DNA of 64,000 bases from Alphaproteobacteria bacterium (GCA_965205265.1 CBDBGH010000003.1:1568001-1632000), one strand, 5' to 3'. Counted from the stretch's first letter, positions 32,598 to 43,020 are shown. The notes: a model not told the origin generated them from the sequence alone. A program made the numbers and translations.

Positions 32598-33539
32598 CTA
32601 TTTCAGTTCCACAGCGTAGGTTTCCACCGGTGGGAGGGACTCCACGAGGCCGCGGTCCACAACGAAGTCGGCGAAGCGCTCGTAGCGCCGCCGGTCGAGC
32701 GCCGCCGGCCTGAGCGCGAAGCGCGGCAGCGTATCCCGCCAGGCGCGGCGGTTGAGTTCGTCGTCGAGGTCCTTGCGGTCGCCGGCGATGAACAGTTTCC
32801 AGGCTTCGTCGGGGTGGTTCACCATGTATTGGACGCCGCGCTCCACGGCATCGATGAAGGCGCGGTAGGCAGGCCGGTCGAGCGTGTCCTTGTGCGCCAC
32901 GACGATCAGCTCGTCATAAGGCGGCACGCCCTCTTCCTCCAGATAGAAGGCGCGGCCCGGATGGCCCACGATATCCATCTGGTTCAGCTCGAAATTGCGG
33001 AAGGCGCCGATCACGGCATCCACCTTGCCGGCAATCAGCGAGGGCGAGAGGGACCAGTTCACATTTACCTTCTCGATGTCGTCCATCGTGAGGCCGTGGG
33101 GCTGCAGCACGCCTTCGAGGAGCGCGTCTTCCAGTCCCGCCACGGAAAAGCCGACCCGCTTGCCCTTGAGGTCCGCAATCGTGCGTATGGGGCTCTCGTC
33201 CAGCACCACGATGGTGTTCAGCGGCGTTGCGACCAGGGTGGCGATCCGCGCAAGCGGCAGGCCGGCGGCCGCCTGTATGTGCAGTTGCGGCTGATAGGAG
33301 ACCGCGAGGTCGGCCTTGCCGGCCGCCACGATCTTCGGCGGATCGTTCGGGTCCGCAGGAGGCACGAATTCCACCGTCAGGCCGGCATCCGCGAAATAGC
33401 CCCGCTCCTGGGCCACATAGAGCGGCCCGTGGTCCGGATTGACGAACCAGTCGAGCAGCACGGTGAGTTTCTCCTCCGCCGCCGCCGGGAGAGCGGCGAG
33501 CAGGCACGCGGCGGCAAGCGCCGGCAGGCGGATTTTCAT
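32598..33539 (-). CDS. NMT1/THI5-like (ThiY-type) ABC substrate-binding protein
   Basis: Signal peptide and LDWFVNPDH motif. Downstream of a TPP riboswitch. Confidence 0.88.
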   Translation of the reverse strand: MKIRLPALAAACLLAALPAAAEEKLTVLLDWFVNPDHGPLYVAQERGYFADAGLTVEFVPPADPNDPPKIVAAGKADLAVSYQPQLHIQAAAGLPLARIATLVATPLNTIVVLDESPIRTIADLKGKRVGFSVAGLEDALLEGVLQPHGLTMDDIEKVNVNWSLSPSLIAGKVDAVIGAFRNFELNQMDIVGHPGRAFYLEEEGVPPYDELIVVAHKDTLDRPAYRAFIDAVERGVQYMVNHPDEAWKLFIAGDRKDLDDELNRRAWRDTLPRFALRPAALDRRRYERFADFVVDRGLVESLPPVETYAVELK

Positions 33540-34315
33540 GGTTGAGCAGGCTCCTTTTCCCGATCTTGCCAGAGGGTGTCAGCCTGCCAGGGCACCGCGA
33601 GGCGGAGCAGGCGGTCGACAGTGAAGTAGAGAATGAGCGCCATCGCCGCGAGGACGACGAGCGCGGCGAACATGAGGTCCACCTGCATGCGCGCATTGGC
33701 GTGCAGCATGAGATAGCCGAGGCCCGCGGACGCTCCGACCCACTCGCCCACCACGGCGCCGATGGGCGCGACGGCCGTTGCAACCCGCAGGCCGGAGGCG
33801 CAGGCCGGCAGGGCCGCAGGGATGCGCAGATGGACAAGCTGTCGCCAGCGCGAGGCGCCCATGCTGCGCGCAAGGTCCAGCCAGCCGGGATCGGTGCGGG
33901 ACAGGCCGTCATAGAATGCGGCTGTCACCGGAAAGAAAATGATGAGCACCGCCATCGCCACCTTGGAGGCCATGCCGTAACCGAGCCAGAGCACCAGCAC
34001 CGGCGCGATAGCGAACACCGGAACGGCCTGGCTCGCCACCAGCACCGGCAGCAGCCAGAGCCGCGCCGGACGGACATGGGCGATCACCAGCGCCGAAAAC
34101 GCGCCGAGCGCCGCGCCGAGACTGAGGCCGAGCAGGATTTCCGCCAGCGTCGTGCCGGCATGGGACAAGAGAAGCCCCGAATGACCGGCCAGCGCCGCCG
34201 CGACGGCCGGCGGTCCCGGAAGGATGAAGGGCTGCGCCCCGGTGACGGAAACGATCGCCTGCCAGACGACCAGCAGCCCCGCCGCCACGATTCCCATGCG
34301 CATGGCCGCCCTCAT
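33536..34315 (-). CDS. ABC permease (ThiX-type)
   Basis: SsuC/TauC-like transmembrane pattern, GAVVGEW motif. Confidence 0.88.
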   Translation of the reverse strand: MRAAMRMGIVAAGLLVVWQAIVSVTGAQPFILPGPPAVAAALAGHSGLLLSHAGTTLAEILLGLSLGAALGAFSALVIAHVRPARLWLLPVLVASQAVPVFAIAPVLVLWLGYGMASKVAMAVLIIFFPVTAAFYDGLSRTDPGWLDLARSMGASRWRQLVHLRIPAALPACASGLRVATAVAPIGAVVGEWVGASAGLGYLMLHANARMQVDLMFAALVVLAAMALILYFTVDRLLRLAVPWQADTLWQDREKEPAQP

Positions 34316-35028
34316 GCCGCGAGCCTCGCAAGCAGATCGCCCTGCGCGGCCAGAACCGCCGGGTCGCGCACGTCGCGCGGGGGCGCCAGGTCCGGCGCCG
34401 GCACCGCCTCCAGCGCCGCCGGCCGGCCGGTCAGGACATAGACGCGGTCCCCGAGACGGAGCGCCTCCAGCGGGTCGTGGGTGACGAGCAGCACGGTTCG
34501 CCCCGCCAGCATCCGCGCCGCGAGGTCCTGCGCCGCATGGCGGGTGATCGCATCGAGGCTGCCGAACGGCTCGTCCATCAGCACGACCGTGCGGTCCTCC
34601 ATCAGCGTGCGGACCAGCGCGACCCGCTGGCGCTCTCCGCCGGAAAGGGTTGCCGGCATCGCCCGGGCGGAGTCCTCGAGACCGACGTCGGCCAGCAACC
34701 GGCGCGCACGGCGGAAGTCCGGGCGCTCGCCGCGCAGGCGCGCGCCCAGCACCGTGTTGTCGAGCGCACTGGCCCAGGGGAGCAGCAGGTCGTTCTGGCC
34801 CATATAGGCGACGGGGCCGGTGCGAACCCGACCCGCGGCCGCGCCGTCAAGGCCGGCGATCAGCCTGAGCAGACTCGTCTTGCCGACGCCGCTCGGCCCC
34901 AGCAGGCAGGTCCAGAGACCGGCTTCCAGGCGAATGTCGAGCCCGTCGAACAGCGGCGCTCCCCCATAGGAAAGCGCGGCGCCGCGAATATCGACGGCAA
35001 ATTCTGTATCCGGTGCAGCCTTGCCCAC
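34312..35028 (-). CDS. ABC ATPase (ThiZ-type)
   Basis: GPSGVGKT, LSGGERQR and MDEPF motifs. Confidence 0.9.
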   Translation of the reverse strand: MGKAAPDTEFAVDIRGAALSYGGAPLFDGLDIRLEAGLWTCLLGPSGVGKTSLLRLIAGLDGAAAGRVRTGPVAYMGQNDLLLPWASALDNTVLGARLRGERPDFRRARRLLADVGLEDSARAMPATLSGGERQRVALVRTLMEDRTVVLMDEPFGSLDAITRHAAQDLAARMLAGRTVLLVTHDPLEALRLGDRVYVLTGRPAALEAVPAPDLAPPRDVRDPAVLAAQGDLLARLAA

Positions 35029-35125
35029 ACGCTCCCTCCGCCGGCATTAACCGGATCAGGTTCCTGGGGTCGTCCCGCAAGCAGGACCTCTCAGCCGCGT
35101 GAGGCGGCTCCCCCGAGTGGAGCGG
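35029..35125 (-). ncRNA. TPP riboswitch
   Basis: Minus strand reads GGGGG...GGCTGAGA...ACCC..GAACCTGATCCGGTTAATGCCGGCGGAGGGAG, the THI-box consensus. Its 3' strand overlaps the RBS of the ATPase. Confidence 0.93.
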
Positions 35126-35178
35126 TCAACATGGACGGCGCCTGGAACTTTGGCAAGGCCCCGCCCCCGCAAGGTTCG

Positions 35179-35601
35179 CTAAAGCACCGCCTCGTGGAGC
35201 GACTGGATGAACTGGATGCCTTGGATATGCTTGCGGGCCAGGCGCCTGTCATTGGTAAGAAACAGGTCCGTGCCCGCCGCCGCTGCGCAAGCCAGTTGGA
35301 TAGCGTCTGGCGGCCGGATCGAACGGTCCCGGCGAATCTCCGCAAAGGCGAGGGCGGCGGCCTGGTCGAACGACAATATCGCAGCCGCCGTTTCCATCGC
35401 CTGCGTATAGCGGCGCGCCAGGTCCGTGCGCCCCGCATCGAGAGGTTTGACGAGAAGCTCGCCAAGCGTGAGTGTGGAAGTGAGTAATTGGTCTCGCCGC
35501 TCGATCATTCGCCTCCGAATCCTTGAAACGCGCTCGGCCTCTTCGTCTGCGCCTTCGAAGAGGTAGATGAACAGGTTGGTGTCCCAGAAGATCCGGCTCA
35601 T
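35179..35601 (-). CDS. vapC: VapC PIN-domain toxin
   Basis: IFWDTNLFIY, GELLVKP, DAIQLACA and FLTND motifs. Confidence 0.88.
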   Translation of the reverse strand: MSRIFWDTNLFIYLFEGADEEAERVSRIRRRMIERRDQLLTSTLTLGELLVKPLDAGRTDLARRYTQAMETAAAILSFDQAAALAFAEIRRDRSIRPPDAIQLACAAAAGTDLFLTNDRRLARKHIQGIQFIQSLHEAVL

Positions 35602-36131
35602 TCCCAGCCCTCGCGAAGACGCCGGACATAGGCGTCGGCACCCTCATCCGCCCATATTTCCCTGCCGCTGCCTTCCAAGGCGAGAAGCGGGTCCGCAACC
35701 GGTCGCACGCTCGCAGCTTCTCGTAAGGACGTCCCCCGTTCGTCAGCGCCATAAGCTCCCTGCGTCAGGTAGTCGTCATGGTACCAATCGAGCAGTTCCC
35801 GATAGGCAGGCGGCAGCGCCTTCCGGTCGGGAAGCGAGGCCCCGGAAAGCCGGTCCGGATGACAGTCGTCTCCCGGCCGGTACAACCGCCGCCGCCCTCT
35901 CGACGTTTCCGTCAGCATGCGCAGCCGGGCGGGATTGGGCTTGCGGTTGGCGACGCAATGCAGATAGGCGTGAATCTGCACGCCGGGCCGCAGGGAACCG
36001 GCGCCGGTCGCGTTCTCGGCCTCCGCCTGCGCGACGATCTCCGAGACCGAATAATCTTCCCTTTCCGGATACCGGCGATGAAGCGAAGCCGTCGCCACCC
36101 AGACTTCGTCCGCAACCTTGATAATCGCCAT
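35598..36131 (-). CDS. Uncharacterised 177-aa protein, putative antitoxin coupled to VapC
   Basis: RBS GGAGG and ATGA overlap with vapC. The C-terminal LEGSGREIWADEGADAYVRRLREGWE resembles VapB toxin-binding tails. Confidence 0.7.
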   Translation of the reverse strand: MAIIKVADEVWVATASLHRRYPEREDYSVSEIVAQAEAENATGAGSLRPGVQIHAYLHCVANRKPNPARLRMLTETSRGRRRLYRPGDDCHPDRLSGASLPDRKALPPAYRELLDWYHDDYLTQGAYGADERGTSLREAASVRPVADPLLALEGSGREIWADEGADAYVRRLREGWE

Positions 36132-36315
36132 GACGAACCTCCCTCACACTTCCATATGACGACTAGCAATTACATTTTTAACAAAAAAACAATGTTAATC
36201 TTGTATATTTGCGCACCTGCTCCCGACTTTCCGCGCTATCCCCCTTCCCGCGCCGGACGCGCCTGGACTTTGCGCTTGCGCCCGGCAGGATTTTGCCTAT
36301 GTTGCGCAGCCTGAC

Positions 36316-36390
36316 GCGGGAGTAGCTCAGAGGTAGAGCATCACGTTGCCAACGTGAGGGTCGCGAGTTCAAATCTCGTCTCCCGCTCCA
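36316..36390 (+). tRNA. tRNA-Gly (GCC)
   Basis: GCGGGAG/TCCCGC acceptor stem, TCACG-TTGCCAA-CGTGA anticodon arm, GTTCAAATC T-loop, encoded CCA. Confidence 0.97.
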
Positions 36391-36409
36391 GACCCTCCTC
36401 GAAATCGGC

Positions 36410-37294
36410 TCAATGCCGCTCGGGCAGAACCTCCCGGAGAGCCCGCTCGAACGCATCCGGCTGCTCGTACATCGCCCAGTGCCCGGCGCGCGGCACCATG
36501 GCGATGCGCGCGTCCGGCCGGATGGCGCGAATGGCGGCCACCCGCTCGCGGAAGAAAGGCCATGCAGTCCAGTCCCATTCGCCCCACATCGCAGCCAGCG
36601 GCGCCTCGATGAGCGGCAGGCGGCCCCGCAGCGCCGGCGTCGCGCTCACCCAGCGGCTCTTGGTGACGGCGCGCATGGTGTTGGTGACCTGCATGTGGAC
36701 CGCGAAGTCATCCACGGCGCGCGGGTCGGCCAGCATCAGGATTTCGAGATTGCGCCGCGCGAGGCTCCTGAGCTGGGCCGGCGTCATGTCCCGCCGGAAC
36801 CGCTCCAGCGCCGGCCCCCGCGCCCGGCGCAGCCCCATCGCGCCCACGCCCACCATGGTGAAGCTCTTCAGCAGGTCCGGCAGGTAGGGCGCGGCATGGC
36901 CGCCCACAATGCCGCCGAACGAGAATCCCACGAGATCGACCCGCTGGTCGCGCTCCTCAAGAACATGACGCAGGCCGTCGGCGACGATCCGCCCTATCGA
37001 GTCGATATCCCTCCGGTCGGGCGGCGGGGCCGATTCGCCAAGGCCGGGTGTGTCGCAAGCATAGACCCGGCGGCCCCGCGCGAGCGAGCGGACATTGCGA
37101 AACCAATGCCACCAGGAGCCGTAGCCGCCATGCATCAGCATGAGCGGCGGCGCGCCCGGCTCGCCGAAGACCCGCCAGACCACCTCACCGTCGCCGCATG
37201 GAGAGGTCCTGACCGCCGCTTCCGCTTCGACGGCGCGAATGGCGGCGGCCACCGCGGGCGGCGGGCTCACCGGCGCCTTGCTCCGGCGGGTCAC
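36410..37294 (-). CDS. Alpha/beta fold hydrolase
   Basis: HGGYGS, GFSFGG nucleophile elbow and AGHW. GTG start overlaps the upstream stop codon. Confidence 0.85.
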   Translation of the reverse strand: MTRRSKAPVSPPPAVAAAIRAVEAEAAVRTSPCGDGEVVWRVFGEPGAPPLMLMHGGYGSWWHWFRNVRSLARGRRVYACDTPGLGESAPPPDRRDIDSIGRIVADGLRHVLEERDQRVDLVGFSFGGIVGGHAAPYLPDLLKSFTMVGVGAMGLRRARGPALERFRRDMTPAQLRSLARRNLEILMLADPRAVDDFAVHMQVTNTMRAVTKSRWVSATPALRGRLPLIEAPLAAMWGEWDWTAWPFFRERVAAIRAIRPDARIAMVPRAGHWAMYEQPDAFERALREVLPERH

Positions 37295-38823
37295 GCGCGC
37301 GCCTTGCGTCCCGAGCGGTGAAGCAGGACCAGACAGTCGTGATTCTTGCGCCGGAGGTCGGCGCAGGCGCGTCTGGCGTCGTCTTCGGCGAAGCCGGCAA
37401 GGCGCGCCCGGTAAAGCTTGCGCCCGCTGGACGCCCTCATCGGCCAGGCGCCGGCATAGACTCCGCTCGGCAGGCCGCGCAGCAGGTCCGCAGCGGCGAG
37501 CGCCTGCCGGCGCGCCCTCTTCTGGCTCCGGTAGACTCCGACCTGCACGGCGTATCCTCCCGCGCTCGCCAGGTCTGCCGGCGGCAGTTTCGGCACCGCC
37601 GCCATGGCAGGCAGTCCGGATGCCGGCGCGGCTGGCGCGGCGGGCTTCGCCTTCGCCGGGGAGGGAGCGGCGGGAGCCGGGGCGGCCGCAGCCGCCGTCG
37701 AGGCAGGCGGCGGCGCGGCCCCGGGCGACGGCACCGGCACCGGCGCCATGACGGGAGCCGCACCATGGCGAACGACAAAGCAATCGGTGCGCCGCCTCTT
37801 GAGGTTGCGGCAGGCCTGCCGGGCATCGCGCTTGCTGTAGCCCACCAGACGGGCCTCGTAGATCGTGCCTCCCTTGCGGCGCGCCCTGGGCCAGGCTCCC
37901 CAGGCGCCGCCCTGCGGCGTGCCGACCTTCAGCGCCGCGGCGCGCGCCAGGCCGCGGGCGGCGGCTTTGTCCCGCACCGCACCCACCTGCACGGCCCAGA
38001 CGAGGCCGCTTTCCTCGATCGCCGGGCGCGGCGTCAGCCGGGCGAAGATGCGGTCCGTCAGCTTCGCGACATGGCGGTCGCGCGAGCGGGCCGTGCGCCC
38101 CCCCATGACCACGGTAATCAGCCGGCGGCCGTTGCGGGCGGCGGAGAAGGCCAGGTTGAAACCGGATTTGGAGATGTAGCCGGTCTTCAGACCGTCAGCG
38201 CCGGAATAGCGGCGCAGCAGGCGGTTGTGCGAGCGGTAGGTACGCCCCCTGAACTTGAACGACTTCAGGGAGAAATAGTCGTAATATTGCGGGAAATTCC
38301 GCATGAGGGCGCGCGCCAGCCGGGCCATGTCGCGTGCCGTGGTCCATTGCTGGGAATGCCAGAGCCCCGAGGCGTTGCGGAACGAGGTGTGGCGCATGCC
38401 GAGCTGCTGCGCCTTGCGGTTCATCACCCTCGCGAATTTCCGCTCGCTGCCGGCGATGAAATAGGCGACGGTCGTCGCGACATCGTTCGCGGACTTGACG
38501 ACCAGGGCCTTGATGGCGTCGCGGACGGTGATCGTCGATCCCCGCTTGAGGCCGAGCCGCGACGGCGGTTGCAGGGTCGCGCGGTGGGGCACCTTCATGC
38601 GGGTCGAGAGCTTGTATTTGCCGCTGCGAAGCCGCTCGAAAATTAGATAGACCGTCATCATCTTGGTAAGCGACGCCGGATAGCGGCGCGCCGTGGACCG
38701 TTGGCCGTGAAGCACGGCGCCGCTGTCGGCGTCGATGACGACTGCGGCATAGCGCGCCGCCGGTGCAGGACCGGCCGCCAGAATGGCCACCGCCAGAAGC
38801 AGAACAGAGAGAATCGCCTTCAT
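37291..38823 (-). CDS. D-Ala-D-Ala carboxypeptidase (S11) with two C-terminal SPOR domains
   Basis: Signal peptide, SLTK, SAN and KTG motifs. Two AVQVG...ARL.G...AC..L...DC repeats. Confidence 0.9.
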   Translation of the reverse strand: MKAILSVLLLAVAILAAGPAPAARYAAVVIDADSGAVLHGQRSTARRYPASLTKMMTVYLIFERLRSGKYKLSTRMKVPHRATLQPPSRLGLKRGSTITVRDAIKALVVKSANDVATTVAYFIAGSERKFARVMNRKAQQLGMRHTSFRNASGLWHSQQWTTARDMARLARALMRNFPQYYDYFSLKSFKFRGRTYRSHNRLLRRYSGADGLKTGYISKSGFNLAFSAARNGRRLITVVMGGRTARSRDRHVAKLTDRIFARLTPRPAIEESGLVWAVQVGAVRDKAAARGLARAAALKVGTPQGGAWGAWPRARRKGGTIYEARLVGYSKRDARQACRNLKRRRTDCFVVRHGAAPVMAPVPVPSPGAAPPPASTAAAAAPAPAAPSPAKAKPAAPAAPASGLPAMAAVPKLPPADLASAGGYAVQVGVYRSQKRARRQALAAADLLRGLPSGVYAGAWPMRASSGRKLYRARLAGFAEDDARRACADLRRKNHDCLVLLHRSGRKARA

Positions 38824-38995
38824 GGGCCCTCCCTGGCCCACATAAAGTCAATCCGGGTTCGCCGCAATGCCGGATGGTATTTTTTTCCTTCACCGGAAAC
38901 CTCGGGCGGGACCTTGAACGGATACGGCTTACTCCTACTTCGATAGCTGGGTTATGCTAGGTTCGCGGATGCGGCCTCCGGGCGGGAGTGGAAGG

Positions 38996-39322
38996 ATGAG
39001 CGACGAACGGCGAGGCGGAGACGAGGGCCCGAATACGGGCGTGCTCGTCAGGACCAAGCCGGAGACGAAGAAGCCGTCGCTGTACAAGGTCATCATGCTC
39101 AATGACGACTACACGCCGATGGAGTTCGTCGTCCACGTCCTGCAAGCCTTCTTCAACAAGGGCCGCGAGGAAGCGACGAATATCATGCTGATGGTCCACC
39201 AGCGGGGAATCGGGGTCTGCGGCGTCTATACCTACGAAGTCGCCGAGACCAAGGTGACGCAGGTTGTGGACTTCGCGCGGCGGCACGAACACCCTCTGCA
39301 GCTGACGCTTGAGAAGGAGTAG
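38996..39322 (+). CDS. clpS: Clp protease adaptor
   Basis: [17 protein letters not shown] and HPL motifs. Confidence 0.96.
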   Translation: MSDERRGGDEGPNTGVLVRTKPETKKPSLYKVIMLNDDYTPMEFVVHVLQAFFNKGREEATNIMLMVHQRGIGVCGVYTYEVAETKVTQVVDFARRHEHPLQLTLEKE

Positions 39323-39329
39323 CCGGGCG

Positions 39330-41636
39330 ATGCTGTCGCGCACTCTCGAACAGACGCTTCACCGGGCGCTCTCCTACGCCAAGGAACGCCGGCACGAATA
39401 TGCGACCCTGGAGCACCTGCTGCTGGCGCTCACCGAGGACCGGGACTGCATGGCGGTGCTGCGCGCCTGCTCGGTGGATGTGGACAATCTGCGCGCGGAG
39501 GTGACCGGCTATCTGGACGATGAGCTCGACAACCTCGTCGTGGACCGCGACGGGGACCCGAAGCCGACCGCCGGCTTCCAGCGGGTCCTGCAGCGCGCGG
39601 CGATCCATGTGCAGTCGTCCGGGCGCGAGGAGGTGACGGGCGCCAATGTCCTCGTGGCGATCTTCTCGGAGCGGGAGAGCCACGCCGTCTTCTTCCTGCA
39701 GGGGCAGGAAATGACGCGCCTCGACGCCGTCAACTATATCAGCCACGGCATCGCCAAGAGCGCCGGCCAGTCGGAGCCGAGGCGCGTGCGGGGCGCGGAC
39801 GAGCGCCAGGAGAACGAGGGCGGCGAGCCGGGCAACCGCAAGCCCGCCGAGGCGCTGCAGGCCTATTGCGTCAACCTCAACGAGAAGGCCGATGCCGGCA
39901 AGATCGACCCGTTGATCGGGCGCGAGCTGGAAGTCGAGCGCACAATCCAGATCCTCTGCCGGCGGACCAAGAACAACCCGCTCTATGTGGGCGACCCCGG
40001 CGTCGGCAAGACCGCCATCGCCGAGGGCCTGGCGCGCAAGATCGTCGAGGGCGGCGTGCCGGAAGTCCTGGCGGAGGCCACGATCTACGCGCTCGACATG
40101 GGCTCGCTGCTCGCGGGCACGCGCTACCGGGGCGATTTCGAGGAGCGGCTGAAACAGGTGCTGGCGGAACTGGACGCGCTCGAAGGGGCGATCCTGTTCA
40201 TCGACGAGATCCACACCGTCATCGGCGCCGGCGCCACCAGCGGCGGCTCGATGGACGCCTCCAACATCCTGAAGCCCGCGCTCGCCAGCGGCACGTTGCG
40301 TTGCATCGGCTCGACCACCTACAAGGAATACCGCAACTATTTCGAGAAGGACCGGGCGCTGGTCCGGCGCTTCCAGAAGATCGACGTGCACGAGCCGTCG
40401 GTCCCGGACGCCATCAAGATCATGATGGGCCTCAAGCCCTATTACGAAGAGCATCACGGCATCCGCTACACGACCGAGGCCATCCGCTCGGCGGTGAACC
40501 TCTCCGCGCGCTACATCAACGACCGCAAGCTGCCGGACAAGGCCATCGACGTCATCGACGAGGTCGGCGCCGCCCAGCTTCTGCTGCCGCCCAGCCGGCG
40601 CAAGAAGACCGTGGGCGTGCGCGATGTCGAGGGCATCGTCGCCAAGATCGCCCGCATCCCGCCGAAGAGCGTGAGCCGCGACGACCGCGAGTCGCTGCAG
40701 ACGCTGGAGCGCGACTTGAAGACGGTCGTGTTCGGCCAGGACCCCGCCATCGAGGCGCTGGCGAGCGCGGTCAAGCTCGCCCGTGCCGGCTTGCGCGAGC
40801 CGGAGAAGCCCATCGGCAGCTACCTGTTCTCCGGCCCGACGGGCGTCGGCAAGACGGAGGCCGCCCGCCAGCTGGCGCGCTGCCTCGGCGTCGAACTCGT
40901 GCGCTTCGACATGTCGGAATACATGGAGCGGCACAGCGTTTCGCGGCTGATCGGCGCGCCGCCCGGCTATGTCGGCTTCGACCAGGGCGGGCTGCTGACG
41001 GATGCGGTGGACAAGAACCCGCATGTGGTGCTGCTGCTCGACGAGATCGAGAAAGCGCATCCCGACGTCTTCAACGTGCTGCTCCAGATCATGGATTACG
41101 GCAAGCTGACCGACCACAGCGGCAAACAGGTCGATTTCCGCAATGTCATCGTCATCATGACGACCAATGCCGGCGCGTCCGACCTCGCCAAGGCGGCAAT
41201 CGGCTTCGGGCGCAATGTCCGCGAGGGCGATGACAAGGAGGCCATCGACAGGCTCTTCACGCCGGAGTTCCGCAACCGGCTGGATGCGATCATTTCCTTC
41301 GGCAACCTGCCGATGGAGGTCGTGCACCGGGTGGTGGACAAATTCGTGGCCGAGCTCGAAGGCCAGCTCGACGACCGCCAGGTCGAAATCCTGCTGACCG
41401 AGGCGGCCCGCGAATGGCTCGCCGGGAAAGGCTACAGCACGGAATACGGCGCCCGCCCGCTCGCCCGCATCATCCAGGAGCACATCAAGAAGCCGCTCGC
41501 CGAGGAATTGCTGTTCGGCCGCCTGGCCAAAGGCGGGACGGTGGAAGTGGATGCGGGCGAAGACGGCCTCACCTTCGCCTATCCCGAACCCGCCGCGCCG
41601 GCGAAACCCAGGAAGAAGGAGCCGGCAGCGCTGTAG
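39330..41636 (+). CDS. clpA: ATP-dependent Clp protease ATP-binding subunit
   Basis: Two AAA modules ([16 protein letters not shown]). Follows clpS. Confidence 0.96.
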   Translation: MLSRTLEQTLHRALSYAKERRHEYATLEHLLLALTEDRDCMAVLRACSVDVDNLRAEVTGYLDDELDNLVVDRDGDPKPTAGFQRVLQRAAIHVQSSGREEVTGANVLVAIFSERESHAVFFLQGQEMTRLDAVNYISHGIAKSAGQSEPRRVRGADERQENEGGEPGNRKPAEALQAYCVNLNEKADAGKIDPLIGRELEVERTIQILCRRTKNNPLYVGDPGVGKTAIAEGLARKIVEGGVPEVLAEATIYALDMGSLLAGTRYRGDFEERLKQVLAELDALEGAILFIDEIHTVIGAGATSGGSMDASNILKPALASGTLRCIGSTTYKEYRNYFEKDRALVRRFQKIDVHEPSVPDAIKIMMGLKPYYEEHHGIRYTTEAIRSAVNLSARYINDRKLPDKAIDVIDEVGAAQLLLPPSRRKKTVGVRDVEGIVAKIARIPPKSVSRDDRESLQTLERDLKTVVFGQDPAIEALASAVKLARAGLREPEKPIGSYLFSGPTGVGKTEAARQLARCLGVELVRFDMSEYMERHSVSRLIGAPPGYVGFDQGGLLTDAVDKNPHVVLLLDEIEKAHPDVFNVLLQIMDYGKLTDHSGKQVDFRNVIVIMTTNAGASDLAKAAIGFGRNVREGDDKEAIDRLFTPEFRNRLDAIISFGNLPMEVVHRVVDKFVAELEGQLDDRQVEILLTEAAREWLAGKGYSTEYGARPLARIIQEHIKKPLAEELLFGRLAKGGTVEVDAGEDGLTFAYPEPAAPAKPRKKEPAAL

Positions 41637-41715
41637 CGCCGTGTTTGCGAAGTCCGCGCCGCTTCGTTCGGAGCGCCCGACCGCTCCCTTCTCCATCAGG
41701 CCCGGACGCCCTCTC

Positions 41716-41803
41716 CGTCATGCCCGGACTTGTTCCGGGCATCTTCCTCCACCGCTTCCGCCGGGCGACCGAATGGATGCCCGGAACAAGTCCGGGCATG
41801 ACG
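41716..41803. repeat. CGTC-tagged REP-like palindrome doublet (intact)
   Basis: CGTCATGCCCGGACTTGTTCCGGGCATC (41716-41743) and its exact inverse (41776-41803). Confidence 0.92.
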
Positions 41804-41895
41804 ATATGAGGCATGACAGGACGGTGTCAGCAAGGCAGGGCGCAGGATCTTCAAGAGATCGCGGAATAACCGGCAAGCCCCGACCCGGCCGCCGA

Positions 41896-43020
41896 ATGCG
41901 GGCCGCCGCGATTGCTGTCCTGCTTTGCCTGGGCGGGGCGTCCGCCGGTTTTGCGGACGCCGCGGAGGCGCGCGAATACCGCTCTGAAAAGCATGCCTTC
42001 CGCCTCGTTCCGGTCGGCGGCCCGTTCGACCAGGCCTGGGGTATGGCGTTCCTGCCCGGCGGGCGCATGCTGGTAACGGAACTGGACGGCAATCTCCGCA
42101 TTCTGGAGCCCGGAAAGAGACCGTCGGACCCGCTGGCGGGGCTGCCGCGCATCGAGGCCTACGGCCAGGGCGGGCTGATGGATGTCGCGCTCGACCCGGA
42201 CTTCACGGCCAACGGGCGGATCTATCTCAGCCACATCGTTGAAGCCGCCGGAGGAAAGACGACGGCGGTCAGCAGGGCACGGCTGGACGGCGGCCGGCTC
42301 CGCGGCTTCGAGACCGTCTTCACCGGCCGCGCGGCGGGGCGCGGGGGCCGCCATTTCGGCTCGCGGATCAGGTTTGCGCCCGACGGCAAGCTGTTCGTCA
42401 CCATCGGGGACCGCGGCTACAGGCCGGGAGCCCAGGACCTCGGCACCCACGCCGGCGCGATCCTCCGGCTCGATCCCGACGGCGCGGCGGCGCCCGGCAA
42501 CCCCTTCGCCGGCAGGTCCGGGGCACTGCCGGAGATATGGTCCTGGGGGCACCGCAACCCGCAGGGCCTCGCCTTCGATCCGGAAACCGGCTGGCTCTGG
42601 TCGCAGGAACACGGGCCGCGCGGCGGCGACGAGGTCAACCTCGTGCGGCGCGGGCGGAATTACGGCTGGCCGGTCATCACCTATGGCCGCAACTACAGCG
42701 GCACGAAAATCACGGACGAGACGGCGCGGCCGGGCATGGAGCAGCCCGCGACATACTGGACGCCCTCCATCGCGCCGTCGGGGCTGACGGTCTATCGCGG
42801 CGACAGGTTCCCGCGCTGGGACGGCAACCTCTTCGTCGGCGCGCTGCGCGCCCAATTGCTCGTCAGGCTGGAGCTCGACGGGGACAGGATCGTCCATGAA
42901 GAGCGGCTGCTGACGGATTTCGGCAACAGGATACGCGACGTGCGCACCGGCCCGGACGGCCTGATCTACCTTCTGCTGGACGAAAACGACGCCCATATCT
43001 GGCGCCTGGAGCCGCTTTAG
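41896..43020 (+). CDS. PQQ-dependent sugar dehydrogenase (YliI/GSDH family)
   Basis: Signal peptide, GQGGLMD, HFGSRI, GHRNPQG and EHGPRGGDE motifs. Confidence 0.92.
   Translation: MRAAAIAVLLCLGGASAGFADAAEAREYRSEKHAFRLVPVGGPFDQAWGMAFLPGGRMLVTELDGNLRILEPGKRPSDPLAGLPRIEAYGQGGLMDVALDPDFTANGRIYLSHIVEAAGGKTTAVSRARLDGGRLRGFETVFTGRAAGRGGRHFGSRIRFAPDGKLFVTIGDRGYRPGAQDLGTHAGAILRLDPDGAAAPGNPFAGRSGALPEIWSWGHRNPQGLAFDPETGWLWSQEHGPRGGDEVNLVRRGRNYGWPVITYGRNYSGTKITDETARPGMEQPATYWTPSIAPSGLTVYRGDRFPRWDGNLFVGALRAQLLVRLELDGDRIVHEERLLTDFGNRIRDVRTGPDGLIYLLLDENDAHIWRLEPL

Noticed and set aside
35179-36400. Integrative element at tRNA-Gly
   Set aside because: There is no integrase and I saw no duplicated tRNA 3' end. 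The TA pair lies on the 5' side of the tRNA.
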